A DNA stretch of 64,000 nucleotides from an uncultured Gammaproteobacteria bacterium (GTDB taxonomy: Bacteria; Pseudomonadota; Gammaproteobacteria; CAWCPV01). Every line of letters starts with the position of its first letter. Position 1 is the first letter of the stretch. The stretch is from the NCBI GenBank assembly GCA_963797555.1, contig CAWCPV010000018.1, positions 10,509 to 74,508 on the forward strand, read 5' to 3'. Below the pieces are notes generated by a model. That model did no database searches. It saw only the letters and a program-made list of their open reading frames with translations, and had not been told where the DNA came from. The position numbers and the translations under genes are program-made. Positions 1-12,199 of this stretch are shown one piece after another.

Positions 1-998
1 ATGAGCGCCGGAGCGAAACGGTCGAATCCGGCGGCCACCGCCGTGTGGGTGGTGAAGAGGTTCCCCGCCCGGGTGACGGCCAGTGCGACCTCAAAGGGCT
101 GCCCGTTCTCTTGCATGAAACTGCGGGCGCGTTCCAACACCGCGAACGCCGCATGCCCTTCGTTCAAGTGGCAGACTTCCGGCTGGATGCCGAGTGCGGC
201 GAGCAATCGCCATCCGCCGATTCCGAGCAGCAGTTCCTGCTCGAGGCGCAGCTCCGGCCCACCTCCATAAAGCTCGCTGGTAATGCCTCGATGCGCGGGG
301 TAATTCGCTGCGTCATTGCTGTCCAGCAGGTACAGCTTCACGCGGCCGACCTGAACCTGCCAGGCGCGCAGCCAGACCGAGTAACCGGGCAAGGCGATCT
401 CCAACCGCAACCATTCGCCGTTCGATTGGCGCAAAGGCGTGATCGGCAACTGTCCGGGGTCGTTGTAGGGGAAGAGGGCCTGTTGCGCGCCATTCTTGTC
501 GATCACCTGGCGAAAATAGCCCTGCTGGTAGAGCAGCCCCACGCCGATGACCGGAACGCCCAAATCGCTGGCGGCCTTGAGTTGATCGCCGGCCACGTTC
601 CCGAGCCCGCCCGAGTATATGGGCAAGGCTTCGCTCAACATGAATTCCATACTGAAATACGCGACACAGCTTAGCTGCGATTGCGGGTAGGTTTGCTGAA
701 ACCACGCGGGCGCCTCCGCAGCATCCCGCCTGGCTTGCACCAGGTCGTCAACGTTCTGGCGGAAAGCGGGTTGCGCTAAAACACGCTGGAGTTTCTCCCG
801 CGAGACCGTCTGCAGGACGACCCAGGGGTTATGCGTGAGCTCCCACAGCACGGTATCCAGCTGCCGCCACACCTGGTCGGTGGCATGATTCCATGTCCAG
901 CGCATATCGAGGGCAAGCTCGGCCAGGGAATCGAATCCCTCTACGTCCCTGGGTAAGAGAAGCTCCTTCGGGTGGCTATTTCGTGTTTGTTCGCCCAT
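1..998 (-). CDS. glgP: Alpha-glucan (glycogen/maltodextrin) phosphorylase, 5' part; runs off the window edge
   Basis: Manual translation from ATG 998 (RBS GAAGGAGAG): ...LALDMRWTWNH...THNPW...AYFSMEFMLSEALPIYSGGLGNVAGDQLKAASDLG...HLNEGH...FTTHT. Absent from the ORF track because it has no stop in the window. Confidence 0.92.
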   Translation of the reverse strand, partial: MGEQTRNSHPKELLLPRDVEGFDSLAELALDMRWTWNHATDQVWRQLDTVLWELTHNPWVVLQTVSREKLQRVLAQPAFRQNVDDLVQARRDAAEAPAWFQQTYPQSQLSCVAYFSMEFMLSEALPIYSGGLGNVAGDQLKAASDLGVPVIGVGLLYQQGYFRQVIDKNGAQQALFPYNDPGQLPITPLRQSNGEWLRLEIALPGYSVWLRAWQVQVGRVKLYLLDSNDAANYPAHRGITSELYGGGPELRLEQELLLGIGGWRLLAALGIQPEVCHLNEGHAAFAVLERARSFMQENGQPFEVALAVTRAGNLFTTHTAVAAGFDRFAPAL

Positions 999-1036
999 TG
1001 CCTCTCCTTCAAATTTGTCGTGGACACAGTCTCCGA

Positions 1037-2694
1037 CTAATGTGTGGGCGCCGCCAGCGCAGCGCCGACGATGGTCTGTGCTTCCTCCAGGATGCGGCGC
1101 AGATGATTCGCTCCACGGAAGCTCTCCGCATAGATCTTGTAGATGTCTTCAGGGCCGGACGGGCGCGCCGCAAACCATCCGCTCTCGGTAATCACCTTCA
1201 ACCCGCCGATGGGCGCGTCGTTGCCCGGCGAGTGGGTGAGGATGGTCTGGATTGTTTCGCCAGCCAGCTCCGCGGACGGTATCTGCTGGGGTGTAAGTTG
1301 CGCCAGCCTTTGTTTTTGCTCCGGAGTCGCGGGCGCCTCAACCCGATCGTAAACGGGTTCGCTGAACTCGCGCGCAAGCTCACGATAGATTTCGCCCGGA
1401 TCGCGGCCCATGCGCGCGGTAATCTCCGCCGACAGCAAAGCCGGGGCAATGCCGTCCTTGTCTGTCGTCCAGACGCTGCCATCCAGACGGACAAAAGCCG
1501 CACCCGCACTCTCTTCCCCGCAAAGCCGAGCGAGCCGTCGAGCAGGCCGTCGACGAACCACTTGAAACCGACCGGCACTTCGTAGAGCTTGCGGCCGAGC
1601 TTCGCGGTGACGCGATCGATCATCTGGCTGCTAACCACCGTCTTGGCGGCCGCTGCCGACTTGATCCACTTCGGCCGATGCTGGAAGAGGTAGAAAATGG
1701 CGACCGCAAGGTAATGGTTGGGCGGCAGCAGGCCCGCCTTCCCGGTGACGATCCCGTGCCGGTCGTGGTCGGTGTCGCAGGCGAACGCGATGTCGAAGCG
1801 GTCCTTGAGGTCGATCAGGCTCTGCATGGCGTAGGGCGAGGACGGATCCATGCGAATCTGACCGTCCCAATCGACCGTCATGAAGCGGAAGGTCGGATCG
1901 ACGACGTCGTTCACGACCGTGAGATTCAAGCCATAGCGCTCGGCAATCGGGCCCCAATAGTGAACGCCAGCGCCGCCGAGCGGATCCACGCCCATGCGGA
2001 TGTTCGCGCCGCGAATTGCCTCCATATCGAGCACGCTGCCGAGATCGCTCACGTAAGCATCGAGAAAGTCGTGCCGATGCGTGGTGGGGGCGCGCAGTGC
2101 CTTCTCGTGAGGAATTCTATTCACGCCCTGGAGGCCGGTTTCCAGAAGCGCATTGGCCCTGGCTTCGATCCACTTCGTGACGTCGTTATCCGCCGGCCCG
2201 CCGCTGGGCGGGTTGTACTTGAAGCCGCCGTTGTCGGGCGGATTGTGCGAAGGCGTGATGACGATGCCGTCCGCAATGCCTGCAGTGCGCCCGCGGTTGT
2301 AAGTGAGTATTGCGTGAGAAACCGCGGGAGTGGGCGTGTATTCGTCGTGCTCCGCGAGCATGACATCCACGCCGTTGGCCGCCAGCACTTCGAGCGCGCT
2401 GGCACAAGCCGGCACGGACAGCGCGTGCGTGTCGATACCGAGGAACAGCGGGCCGCCTACGCCCTGCGGCTTGCGGTAATCGCAGATGGCCTGACTGATG
2501 GCCAGGACGTGCCATTCGTTGAAAGTGCGTTCGAAGGAGGAACCACGATGTCCCGAGGTGCCAAATGCGACCCTTTGTCCGGGCACGGAAGTGTCGGGCG
2601 TATTGCTGTAGTAGGCTGTGACGAGTCTGGGCACATTGACCAGCATCGCCGGCTGGGCGGGCTTACCCGCAAATGGACTTATCTTCATTTCCAC
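1037..2694 (-). pseudogene. pgm: Phosphoglucomutase (alpha-D-glucose phosphate-specific) with one frameshift near 1520
   Basis: [15 protein letters not shown] and DTDHDR motifs in ORF 1198..2694. The C-terminus (GEESAGA...ARPSG.E...KIYAES) is in ORF 1037..1561. One base is missing at GFGGEESAG (real lesion or sequencing error). Confidence 0.9.
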
Positions 2695-2981
2695 ATTACG
2701 TTAGCGTCTGCCTTCGCTGCGGCAGCAAGAAGATTAATGAGAGGCAGCGCCCGATTACTCATGCTTACCACTGTCTCATCCGCACCCTTGTCCACAACTG
2801 GAGACGAGGCTTTTTCTGCCTCGATAACGGCTGTTAACCGACTCAGGGCTGCAGGAACATCTGCCGCCAGAATCGCGCCGGGTACGGTGGCGCTGTGTCC
2901 CATCATTTTCAGAATGGCAAGCGCGACATTCCCAAACATGGCGATGTCGGCATAGGCTTCGGTAGTAAAAGTCACCAGCAT
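2685..2981 (-). CDS. DUF1840-family small protein
   Basis: MLVTFTT.AYADI.MFG.VAL..LKMMGHS.TVPGAI...RALPLI.LL.AA......VMW pattern; RBS GAGGAG upstream. Confidence 0.75.
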   Translation of the reverse strand: MLVTFTTEAYADIAMFGNVALAILKMMGHSATVPGAILAADVPAALSRLTAVIEAEKASSPVVDKGADETVVSMSNRALPLINLLAAAAKADANVMWK

Positions 2982-3185
2982 GCAGTTCTCCTCATTGCGC
3001 AAGTCAGTCAATGCCATATTGCGTACGGCGATTAACCTTACAGATAAATCTGGCCGACCGACAGATAATTGGCGGGGCGCCAGCAGGCATCCATCTTGTG
3101 GAGCAATTCCGGTGAGAGTGTTCTGGTTCCCATAGTCTAAGTCCCTCGAATTGAGCCGAGATTGAGAACGCGGGTGACGGACCTA

Positions 3186-5200
3186 TTCACGCAATCTGAA
3201 TCTTTCGTTCCGTCAGCCGGTAACTGCCCTCGGTCGTCACCGCCAACGCGACCATCCCTGCTAGTGCAGTGTCTCACAAATAGCTATGCACAGATCTGCT
3301 CCATCCGGTTTCGGGCCGCGACGATCTTGCGCAGGATGTCCTCGCCCTTGGCGTTCCAAACATAGCGCTTGGGGTGGGCGTTACGCTCAGCGAGAAAGGC
3401 GATGATAGCCTCGGCGAGCGCCTTGACGGAGCCAAAGCTGCCTTCGGCGAGAAAATCGCCCAGATCGCGGAAGAACCGCTCGACCAGATTCATCCAGGAC
3501 GAAGAGGTGGGGGTGAAGTGCAGGTGCATGCGCGGGTGCTTCGCGAGCCACGCCTTGACCGCCTGATGCTTGTGGGTGGCGTAATTGTCGAGGATAAGAT
3601 GGAGGTCGAGGTCCTGGGGGGTTTCCCGGTCGATGCGGCGCAGAAACGCGAGCCACTCCTGATGGCGGTGCTTGCGCGCCAGGGCGGTGGTGAGCTTGCC
3701 CTCCAAGTAGTTGAGCGCCGCGAACAGGGTGAGCGTGCCGTGACGGATGTAGTCGTGGGTGCGCGTCCTGGGCAGCCCTGGCTGGGTGCGCTCCAGCGCC
3801 TGCATCTGGGTCTTCTCGTCGCAGCAGAGCACGACCGCCTTGTCCGGGGGCGCCAGATACAGCCCGATCACGTCCCAGAATTTCGCCTCAAAGTGCTTGT
3901 CCTTGGACAGCTTGAACTGGCGGTTCAGGTGCGGCTTGATGTCATTGGCCGCCCACAGCCGCTGCACACTCGCCTTCGAGATGCCCGCGGCGGCAGCCAT
4001 GGTGCGGCAGCTCCAGCGCCCCAGATGCGCCGGCGGCTTACCGACCGTCTCCAGCACCCGCCTCACCTTCGTCTGCGAGAGCCTGGGCTTGCGCCCTCGT
4101 CCGGGCGCATCCGCCAGCCCCGCCAAGCTCCGCTGCCGATAGCGCCGGCACCACTGCCCGACGCTCGCCCGCGTGGTGCCCAGCTTCGCGGCGATGGCCT
4201 TCTGATCCAGTCCTTCAACAGCCAGCAGAATGATTCTGGCGCGCTGCCGATCCCGAACTGCCACCGTGTGCGAACGCACTCGACGCTGCAGCTCTTGCGC
4301 CTCTTCTGGCAATACCTCCAGGGACATCCTCCTCATGGCTCCCGCCTCCCAGTGCCCGTACTTCCAGTATGGCACCAGTCCGGCATAAGTAAAGGCATTT
4401 GTGAGACACTGCACTAGGACCCACAACTTCGCGGGCGTCGTCATTGTAGTCTGACAAACCAACGCGCCCAATGCAACCAGGCACGCGACCGCCCCGGCCG
4501 CCGAAATCCAGCCGCGGCTGTTGTTATGACGCGCGCGCCGCACGTTGGCGGCGTTCACTGCGGCGAAGATCAGCAAGAACCCGGCGCTGCCCAGGGCGGC
4601 AATGCTCGTCAGGTCAAAAGCGTTGGCCACGAGCAGGGTCAACCCGGCGGTAATCAACAATCCTTCCACCGCCTCACCCCACACTTTCCGCTCCAGCATC
4701 GCCGGTAACTCGCCGTCGCGCGCCATGCTGTAACTCAAGCGCGCTGCCCCGTAGAGCGTGGCGTTGATAGCGGAAGCGGTCGACAACATGGCTGCGACGG
4801 CGATCAGCGTGAAGCCGGTCTGCCCGAGAAACGGCCGAGCCGCTTCTGCCAGGGCGTAATCCTTGGCCGCCACGATCCTGTCCACCGAAAGATTGCCCAC
4901 GGTGACGAGCGAGACCAGCACGTACAAAGCGATGACAGACCCGGCCGCGCGCGGCAGCGTCTGCGCCACGTCGCGCACGTCGCGCGCCGTGTTGGCGACC
5001 AGCTCGAACCCTTCGTACGCCAAAAAGATGATCATCCCGCCTGCGACCAACTGCAGCGGTGGGGACCAGGAGCCTGGCGCGATCTGGGACGTGTGCACAC
5101 CGGCAAGACCGGCGCCGACGAACAACAGCAGGACCGCCAATTTCAGTCCCACGATCCAGTTCTCTTGCCTTGCCATGTTTAGTGCCCCCATCGCGGTTGC
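3186..5200 (-). pseudogene. APC-family amino acid permease, 5'-truncated and interrupted by IS630 near its 3' end
   Basis: TM-rich segment with FLAYEGFEL and STASAINATLYGAARL. The frame resumes after the IS as ...KLWVL|AGMVALAVTTEGSYRLTERKIQIA*. Confidence 0.8.
3262..4416 (-). mobile_element. IS630-family IS (transposase 3284..4336)
   Basis: Terminal IR TAGTGCAGTGTCTCACAAA at both ends; TA target within CTAG; DDE motifs CCDEK, ILDNYATH, WMNLVERFF. Confidence 0.93.
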
Positions 5201-5859
5201 GATCGGCGAGCCGTAGGGAACCAGATTCTGGCGACGCATCGCACGCTGGCGCGCCACATCGAAGAGGCCCTCGCCCAGTGTCCCCCCTCGACGCTGGGGC
5301 GGTGGTGCGGTTCCGCAGCCCCGCTTACAGTCCCGACACCGGAGGCTTCCACCCGGTGAAGGTCTGCCGTGAGGGCCGGCGGCCGGCTGCTGTATGTGAC
5401 CGACTTCGCCTACGCCCGTCAACCCCCTTATGCCGAGCTCGTCAAGGAGCTCGACTTCGACTTCGGCCTGGGGCTGTTCCAGCACTTGGGGCGGGACTCC
5501 CCGTTGGCTCGAGGCCGGGATCTCTTCCATGACCACCCGACGGACGCCGGGAAGACGTTGCTGCGCCAATGACGTAGTGACGCCATACAATAGTTGCAGT
5601 AGCGTCCTGCGAATGGCTAAGCCGCCGGTTTGGACGGTACCCCCATGATGCGCGAAGGCCGCATGGCTATTACGTTTGACCGCGCGGCACCCAAAATAAC
5701 CGTCAGTTGGTTGCCGCTGCTCCTTGGTCTTGCTGGCCGCCCTCGTCAGGGTCGCCTTGGCCCGAGCGGAATGATGGTCCATGAGCCATGGACCTGGACC
5801 GGGCCGCCGTCCTTGCCGGTGCGCTCCTGGCGCTCCCGATGACCCCAGGCGGAGGATTG

Positions 5860-6155
5860 CCTGCTGGGCGGGCCGGTTCCTCGACGCCTGGTGTACGCGG
5901 ACCCTGCGCTCGAAGATTGAGCCGACGAAGAAGCTGGCCAGGATGGCGCGCGGTCACAGGGCGCTTTTGCTCAACTGCTTCCGGGCCAAAGGACAGCTTT
6001 CCAGCGGTGTCGTGGAGGGCTTCAACACCACAGCAAAACTGCCCTCCAGAAAATCCTTCGGTTTTCGGACCTATCATGGTGCTGAAATCGCCTTGCATCA
6101 TGCACTCGGCGCTCTACCCGAGCCGGAGTTCACCCACAGATTCTGCTGACGAGCC
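5860..6155 (+). mobile_element. ISL3-family transposase 3' remnant with right end
   Basis: SSGVVEGFN...FGFRTY...LPEPEFTHRFC* followed by GAGCC, the ISL3-type terminus. Confidence 0.8.
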
Positions 6156-6214
6156 AAAACTCGAATGGATGGAATGCCCGTATCGCCGGCCTGTAGCACC
6201 GGTCCGATGCGCCG

Positions 6215-6712
6215 CTAGAAGATCGGCACCAGCTTGTAGCCCTGGGTTTGCCAGCCGATCAGCGAAACGAAGCCGTCCTCCACGATTTTCACTTCAGGCA
6301 GTACGGTATCGTTGGCCACGTTGAACCCCTGGGTGGACAGGGCGCATACCTCCAGCCGAACGCCCAGCTTGTGCAGGGCGCGTATGGCATCGGCGATCGA
6401 TTTCAGGCTTTCCTCGTGCTCCATCGCCAGCGCCGGCTCGGGCTTGGTGGTCAGGAAACGGACCGTGGGGCCGATGAATACAATCACCATATCCGGCTTC
6501 ACCTGCTGGCGTACCAGCCTTTCGTGCGTGTCATGGATGACGCGGAGGTAGAGGGCAGTTTTCTTGGGACTGTCGAGAGCGACCAGAAAGACGGCCTTGG
6601 CTTCCTTGACTCCTTTCAATGCGTCGGCATTGCCGATTTCCTCCGCGAGGACGACTGAATGGAAAAGAAGGCCGGCGAACAGCAGGGCTAGAAGTCTGAA
6701 GGTGGCAAGCAT
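6215..6712 (-). CDS. Exported DsrE-family protein
   Basis: Signal peptide; [28 protein letters not shown] motifs. Confidence 0.7.
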   Translation of the reverse strand: MLATFRLLALLFAGLLFHSVVLAEEIGNADALKGVKEAKAVFLVALDSPKKTALYLRVIHDTHERLVRQQVKPDMVIVFIGPTVRFLTTKPEPALAMEHEESLKSIADAIRALHKLGVRLEVCALSTQGFNVANDTVLPEVKIVEDGFVSLIGWQTQGYKLVPIF

Positions 6713-6772
6713 TTCGGCTTCCTCATCGTCTGGGGTGGTGACTGCCAAATTGCGGGTTTACTGGAAAACCGC

Positions 6773-6960
6773 ATGCCGAGTGTGTTCATCACGGGTGCCA
6801 ACCGGGGCCTGGGGCTGGAATGGGCGCGGCAATATACCGTGGCAGGGTGGCGGGTCCATGCCAGCTGCAGTTATCCCGAAGCAGCACACGGACTGCGAGC
6901 GCTTGCCGCCGGGCACGCTTCGCTCACGCTGCATCGTCCGGATGTCACCGATGTCCATCA
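6773..6960 (+). pseudogene. Short-chain dehydrogenase N-terminal fragment
   Basis: [16 protein letters not shown] Rossmann motif, truncated by a transposase remnant. Confidence 0.75.
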
Positions 6961-7029
6961 ACAAAGACGCCCTTCCGGCGTCCTGCGGACGACCCGTCTC
7001 GTTTCCGACCAGACGGTTGCCCCCGATAC

Positions 7030-7300
7030 GGCCGGTTATCCCATCGCCTCGGGGGTCATTGAAGGGGCCTGGCGCTGTGTGGTCAACGACCGCATGGAGC
7101 GCTCCGGCATGCGTTGGGTCCTCGAGGGCGCCCACGCCACGCTCGGGCTGCGCAGGATTTCCCTCAGCAGCCTGTAGGACGAGTTGATGACCTTTCGCAT
7201 CACGCAAGAATCCCAGCGCCTATACCCCTATCGTGCGGCGAACGACCCGGACATGAACTTCCCGTGTGCCGCTTAAGAGCCGCGGGAGGCGGATTGCACC
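7030..7300 (+). mobile_element. ISKra4-like transposase C-terminal remnant
   Basis: [12 protein letters not shown]...[11 protein letters not shown]...GA.A.L.LR motif. Confidence 0.65.
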
Positions 7301-7349
7301 CCAGCACCCCCGCATGGAGAGGTGAGGCTTTTTGAATAAGCTCTCACTT

Positions 7350-7580
7350 CTAGTTGCGGGGTGAAGGCACCGGCGCAGTGGCCGGGTCCTTGCCCTTCTC
7401 GGACTGCCCAAAGTTATGCATCTTCTCCTTGGCCTTGTTCTCGTCCTGCTTCATCTTGTCCTTGTCTACCGTGAACGTGACGTTGGATTTGTCCGACGAG
7501 ACGTGGAACCACTTCAGGTAAAAGCCCACGCCAACCGCGGCGACCACGACGAGAATCAGCACCATCAGCAAGCGGCTCAT
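7350..7580 (-). CDS. Small single-TM protein with Lys-rich tail
   Basis: RBS AAGGAGAG, N-terminal hydrophobic helix, charged C-terminus. Confidence 0.6.
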   Translation of the reverse strand: MSRLLMVLILVVVAAVGVGFYLKWFHVSSDKSNVTFTVDKDKMKQDENKAKEKMHNFGQSEKGKDPATAPVPSPRN

Positions 7581-7663
7581 CGATCTCTCCTTGAAAGGTG
7601 GGGGAATGGTTTGAACGGCGTTCGGAGACGGTTGTTCATTAAGCCGTGTGGAATCCAGTGCGA

Positions 7664-7815
7664 TTAGATCTTGCCCATAAGCACGAGCACGGCCACGAGC
7701 ACCAGCCCTAGGGCGCCGCTGGGACCATACCCCACTGACGGCTGTGACCCCACAGCGGCAGAACGCCCAAAAGCAGCAGGACCAGAACCATCAGAAGGAT
7801 CAAACCGATTGACAT
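7664..7815 (-). pseudogene. DUF3309-family small membrane protein with -1 frameshift in a G run
   Basis: MSIGLILLMVLVLLLLGVLPLWGHSRQW(G)YGPSGALGLVLVAVLVLMGKI; adding one G restores the family pattern. Confidence 0.75.
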
Positions 7816-7879
7816 GAGAGACCCCTTTCGATGGTCTGGGATTTGGCGCCGACCGCCGCCGTGAACGTCACGGCGGGCG

Positions 7880-7990
7880 CCTGAGCGGTTGGTCTGACTG
7901 CCCGCACCCGCCAAAGGGCATGCGGTGCGAGCACCCCGTGATAGCGATGGCGGTGGAGGCGCGGCGGCGTGAGGCGGGGCTGTCTTGTCC
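7880..7990 (-). mobile_element. ISCR/IS91-type transposase internal remnant
   Basis: PPRLHRHRYHGVLAPH motif. Confidence 0.6.
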
Positions 7991-8225
7991 CATCGGGCGG
8001 AGCTTTGGGCAAGCGGGTAGATTCGGGGCCTGTCCCTACGCCTGCGCTAAGCGCTCCAGGGCAAACCGCGGTCGGGTGCAATAGCGCAGCCGCCGCTCCA
8101 GCCCCGCACGGTCGTGGGCCTCCACTCGGATGGAGGCATTCACCGAGAAGCCGCCGCCAACGATCCTCCTGCGCCAGTGGAGCTACGCCCATGCCAAGGT
8201 GAAATAGGTGAAGTATAAGGAGTAA

Positions 8226-8460
8226 AGGATAGGAAATTGAACGGCCTTAGCACGGGAGAAGTTTAGAGGGCGGGCGCGGAGCGGTCAAGGCTCCGCGGGA
8301 GCGGTGAACGTCGCAAGGGCGGTTTGGAGTGCCCGAGGTCGGCCAAGCCGACCCAAGGGGGGTAGGTTTGGGGTTGCGGTTGGGGGGCTCCCGGCGAACG
8401 CTGCCCTGCCCCTTGGGGACAGGCTGCGCGGCGATCATCAGCGCCACCGTGGGTGCGCTG
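8226..8460 (-). mobile_element. ISCR/IS91-type oriIS end remnant with outward sigma70-like promoter
   Basis: Minus strand ends GTTCAATTTCCTATCC; TTGACC(8288-8283)-17 bp-TAAACT(8265-8260); homologous to 12590..12752 and 53390..53495. Confidence 0.6.
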
Positions 8461-8470
8461 GTACTCCTAA

Positions 8471-11400
8471 CCCGACTTCGCGGATTCGCACGGCGATTGG
8501 CCCGCTGGCCAGGGGTAAGTGATTGTTTGTGGGGACCGTGGTGAGCCAAAAAGGGTTGAAACGCGCTGTAGTGAAGACCTTGCTTGTTTTCAAGGGGAAA
8601 AATCTGCGGATAATGATGTTCCATCATGTTTCTACGGGCCACGACTCGGAAGAAAGACGGCAAGGAGCACCGTTACTGGAGTATTGTCGAGAATAGGCGC
8701 CTGAGCGGTGGGCGCGTGCTGCAACGGCATGTGCTGTATTTGGGTGAGATCAACCTGGATCCGTGACTTGAATCTCCGAGCGCCCGGGGCGCGAGAGAAT
8801 GGGAGCTATTCTCAGTTGAGTTGGTTAGTTTTTAGCCAACCGGTGACGCCGGCTATGTACAGCGGGCGTAGACCCTCGTCGGCGCAGGAGTGACGGCGGG
8901 GCTTTGAGGCTTGGACGCTGAATTTCGGGCGTAGGTTTACACCGGGGTCTGGTGAGGCCCGGGTCGAGTTTCTATGGAGGTCGTCCTAGCTACCCGAAGG
9001 CGAGTTGGTAATACACCTGCTCGAAGGCGCGGAAGCCGGGACAGAGCCGGCTGAAGCGCAGCTTCAGTCTGCGGGCGGTGGCGACCAACCGGGCGGCGAG
9101 GTACATCAGTTCCTGGAGGACGGTCTTGATCCGCCGGCGCTTGGCCGGATGGCGCAGGGGAGCCGACTCGCCGGTCAGCCCGATGAGCCCGATGAAGCGC
9201 AGGATGTTGTAGGCGAACACGGCAAAGGCGAGCACCAGGTCATTGGTGTCGAATTTCCCGGAGGGCAGCCGTTCGATATCGAGGTCGGTCTTGAACTCGC
9301 TGTGGAACTGCTCGGAGGTCCCGGTACAGGGCGACGATCTCCGCGTCCGGATAGGCGAGCGAGGTCCACCAGCCATCGAGCTCCAGCTCCGGTACCAACA
9401 GCGCCTGGCCCTTCTTGTCGATGGTGCGCTCGGTCACCCGCATCACCCGGCGAACGTGGTAGGTGTGCTCCCGATGGGGGTGCTCCTCGACGACGCTGAA
9501 CAGCGCCACGCGCTTGCCGGGTCGGGGTGTCTCCCATGCCCCTTGGCGCTCGGCGCGCTCCAGCCAATGGGCAGGGTCCTCGCCCCGAGGGTTCCACTGG
9601 ATAATGAAGTCCACCTCCTCTTCGAGGTAGCGCAGCCGGTTCTCCAAGGCGTCGTGGGCGCTGTCCTGGCGCACCAGCAGCGGCAGTTTGGTCAGGCGCC
9701 TGGCCCGCGGCAGGATGCGCTCCCAGACCTAGCCGAATTCCTTCTGACTGTGCTGCTTGCCTTCTCGCAGCTCACAGCCGACGCACCACCCTTCGGTTCC
9801 CACGTAGGTCGCGATCGGCGCATAACCGTCATAGCCGTGGTAGGTGCGCGAGACTCCTTCTTGCTTGGTCCCGGAGTTGTCCATGGGAAAGACATCGATG
9901 TCCACCGGCACATGACCGGTCTTGAGCGCACTGACCGGTGCCTTGGCGTTGACCATGAACTCGATATCGGCCTCGTCAATGACCTTACCCGCAGGACCGC
10001 TGCGTGCTCGTCGAGACGCTGCCTCAGCGTTTCTGGCGAGGGTACCCGCTCCAGCCCCAACGCCTGGCGGAAGAAATCGTCCTCTCGGACGTTGGAGACC
10101 GCTTCGAAGTCGCTCTTGCCCAAACACATCAACCCCAGATAGCTCTTGGCTACGTCTTCATGGGAGATGCCGTGGCGTAGCGGGATCGCCTGCTTCAGCG
10201 CCTTGCCCAACCCGCTAAAGCGGTTGACGCAAAGACCGACCAAGGCCAGACCAGAATGGGAGGTGTAAAATTCCTCATCGGACTGCTCCAAGATGAACCG
10301 CTTCATCGTTCACCTGCCGGGTGAGCTGGAGTGCGGCCCGATTTTAGCTGAACTGCAATGATAAATCAGCAGGTTGCGGCCATCCGCTGAGACGCGAAGT
10401 CACGGAATCAGGATCAACTCCTCGCAGGAGTTGGCGTGGCGCAAATCCATTGAGGTGTTCGAAGACGGGGCGCTGACACCGCGCACGATGTCGTTGTTTC
10501 CCGAGGAGCGATCTGAAGAGCTGTCGAGGGATGCTTCGGTGGTACGTTTGCGGCTGAAAGAATTGCGGCTGTGCCGACCGCGGCAGTGGGGTGCGTGTTG
10601 GCTGGCGCTGCAACTGTGGGAGGAATTGCAGTTAGATCGCTTCTGGTGGGAACGGTTAACGCCGAGTCGCAAGGGCACTCGGTGGGATCAGGTGTTATTC
10701 GTGCTCGTGGCCTATCGGTTGCTGGCACCGGGCAGCGAGTGGCGGTTGCACCGGGAGTGGTTTGGCCGTACGGCCTTGACGGATTTGCTCGGAGCGGATG
10801 CGGCGCTCTCCGACAGCCACCGGCTGTATGTCTGTCACGACCGCTTGCTGGAGCACAAGGCGGCGGTCTTTGACCATCTGGTGCGGCGGTGGCGGGATCT
10901 GTTCAATGCCACCTTCGAGGTGCTGCTCTACGACCTCACGAGCACCTACTTTGAGTGTGAGCCCCCGCAGTCGGAGCAGGACAAACGACGATTCGGCCAC
11001 TCGCGCGATAAGCGCAGGGACTGTGTGCAGGTGGTGATCGCCTGGGTGGTGACCCCGGAAGGCTTGCCCTTGGCCTATGAAGTGTTGGCGGGCAATACGG
11101 CCGACAAGACGACGTTGAAGGAGTTCCTCGCGCGCATTGAGCGTCAGTACGGAAGAGCGCAGCGGATTTGGGTGATGGACCGCGGCATTCCGACCGAAGC
11201 GGTGCTGGAAGAGATGCGCGCAAGTCGCCCGCCAGTGCACTGACCTGGTGGGCACGCCCAAGGGGCGGCTCAGCAAATTGGAGAGCGCGCTGCTGCTCAA
11301 GCCGTGGCGGGAAGCGCGCCCCGGCGTAGCCGTGAAACTGTTGGCGCAGGATGGGGAGCTGTATGTGTACGCGCAAAGTGAACAGCGCGTGGCGAAGGAG

Positions 11401-12142
11401 CGTGCGATACGACGGCGCAAGCTGAAGTGGTTATGGGCGCGGTTGAAGAAACTCGCGACCATGCAGCTCACCCGCGAGCAACTGCTGATGAAGCTCGGTG
11501 CGGCGCGCCAACACGGCCCGGCGGTATGGCGCTTGGTTCAACTGGAGGTCGACCCCAAGGACGCCACGTTTAGCTACCGCCTGCGCCGCGATAAGCTGCG
11601 TGAAGTGCGCCGGCGCGAAGGACGGTATCTGCTGCGCACCAATCTCACCGACACCGATCCCGCCAAGCTATGGGGGTTTTACCTGCAACTGGTGGCGGTG
11701 GAAGAAGCATTCAAGAATCTCAAGGGGGATTTGGCCATTCGGCCAATCTTTCATCAACACATCGAGCGTATCGAAGCCCATATCTTCATTGCCTTTCTTG
11801 CCTATTGTCTGCATGTCACGCTCGGGCGACGTTTGCATGCGCTCGCGCCTGGATTAACCACGCGCAGCGTGCTGGAGAAATTCGCCGCCGTGCAGATGGT
11901 CGACGCACAGGTGCCGACCACCGATGGGCGCGAATTGACGTTCACCCGCTACACCCAACCTGAGCCAGAACTGCAACTGCTCCTCGCGCAGTTGAAGCTC
12001 GAACTGCCCGCACCACCAGCTCCGAAAATCAGCACCGCCCACACTGCCTCAGCCGCCGCGATGTAGTGCAGACCTTGCCAGGCGCCCTCTCGCAATTTCA
12101 ACCACTTACGCTATCCCTACCCCGCGAATCCGCGAAGTCGGG
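8471..12142 (+). mobile_element. IS1634-family IS, interrupted by IS1380 and frameshifted at ~11241
   Basis: IR CCCGACTTCGCGGATTCGC at both ends with CTAA flanking both sides. Transposase reads MFLRATTRKKDGKEHRYWSIVEN...LGEIN|IS1380|SSQELAW...YDLTSTYFE...MDRG...VEEAFKNLK. Confidence 0.9.
8754..10412 (-). mobile_element. IS1380-family IS copy 1 (defective transposase)
   Basis: Ends CCTGGATCCGTGACTT / AAGTCACGGAATCAGG; 5-bp DR ATCAA; motifs DIDV.PMDNSGT..EGV, SEQFHSEFKTDLDIERLPSGKF. Confidence 0.9.
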
Positions 12143-12199
12143 CTAATTTTCTTATCAGGCTCGTTCGTGACGGAGGCGGATGGCGAGGGCGTTCGGGAG

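Noticed and set aside
5369-5572. Protein-like fragment GGRLLYVTDFAY...ELDFDF
   Set aside because: Probably a gene remnant, but it cannot be assigned to a family from sequence alone.
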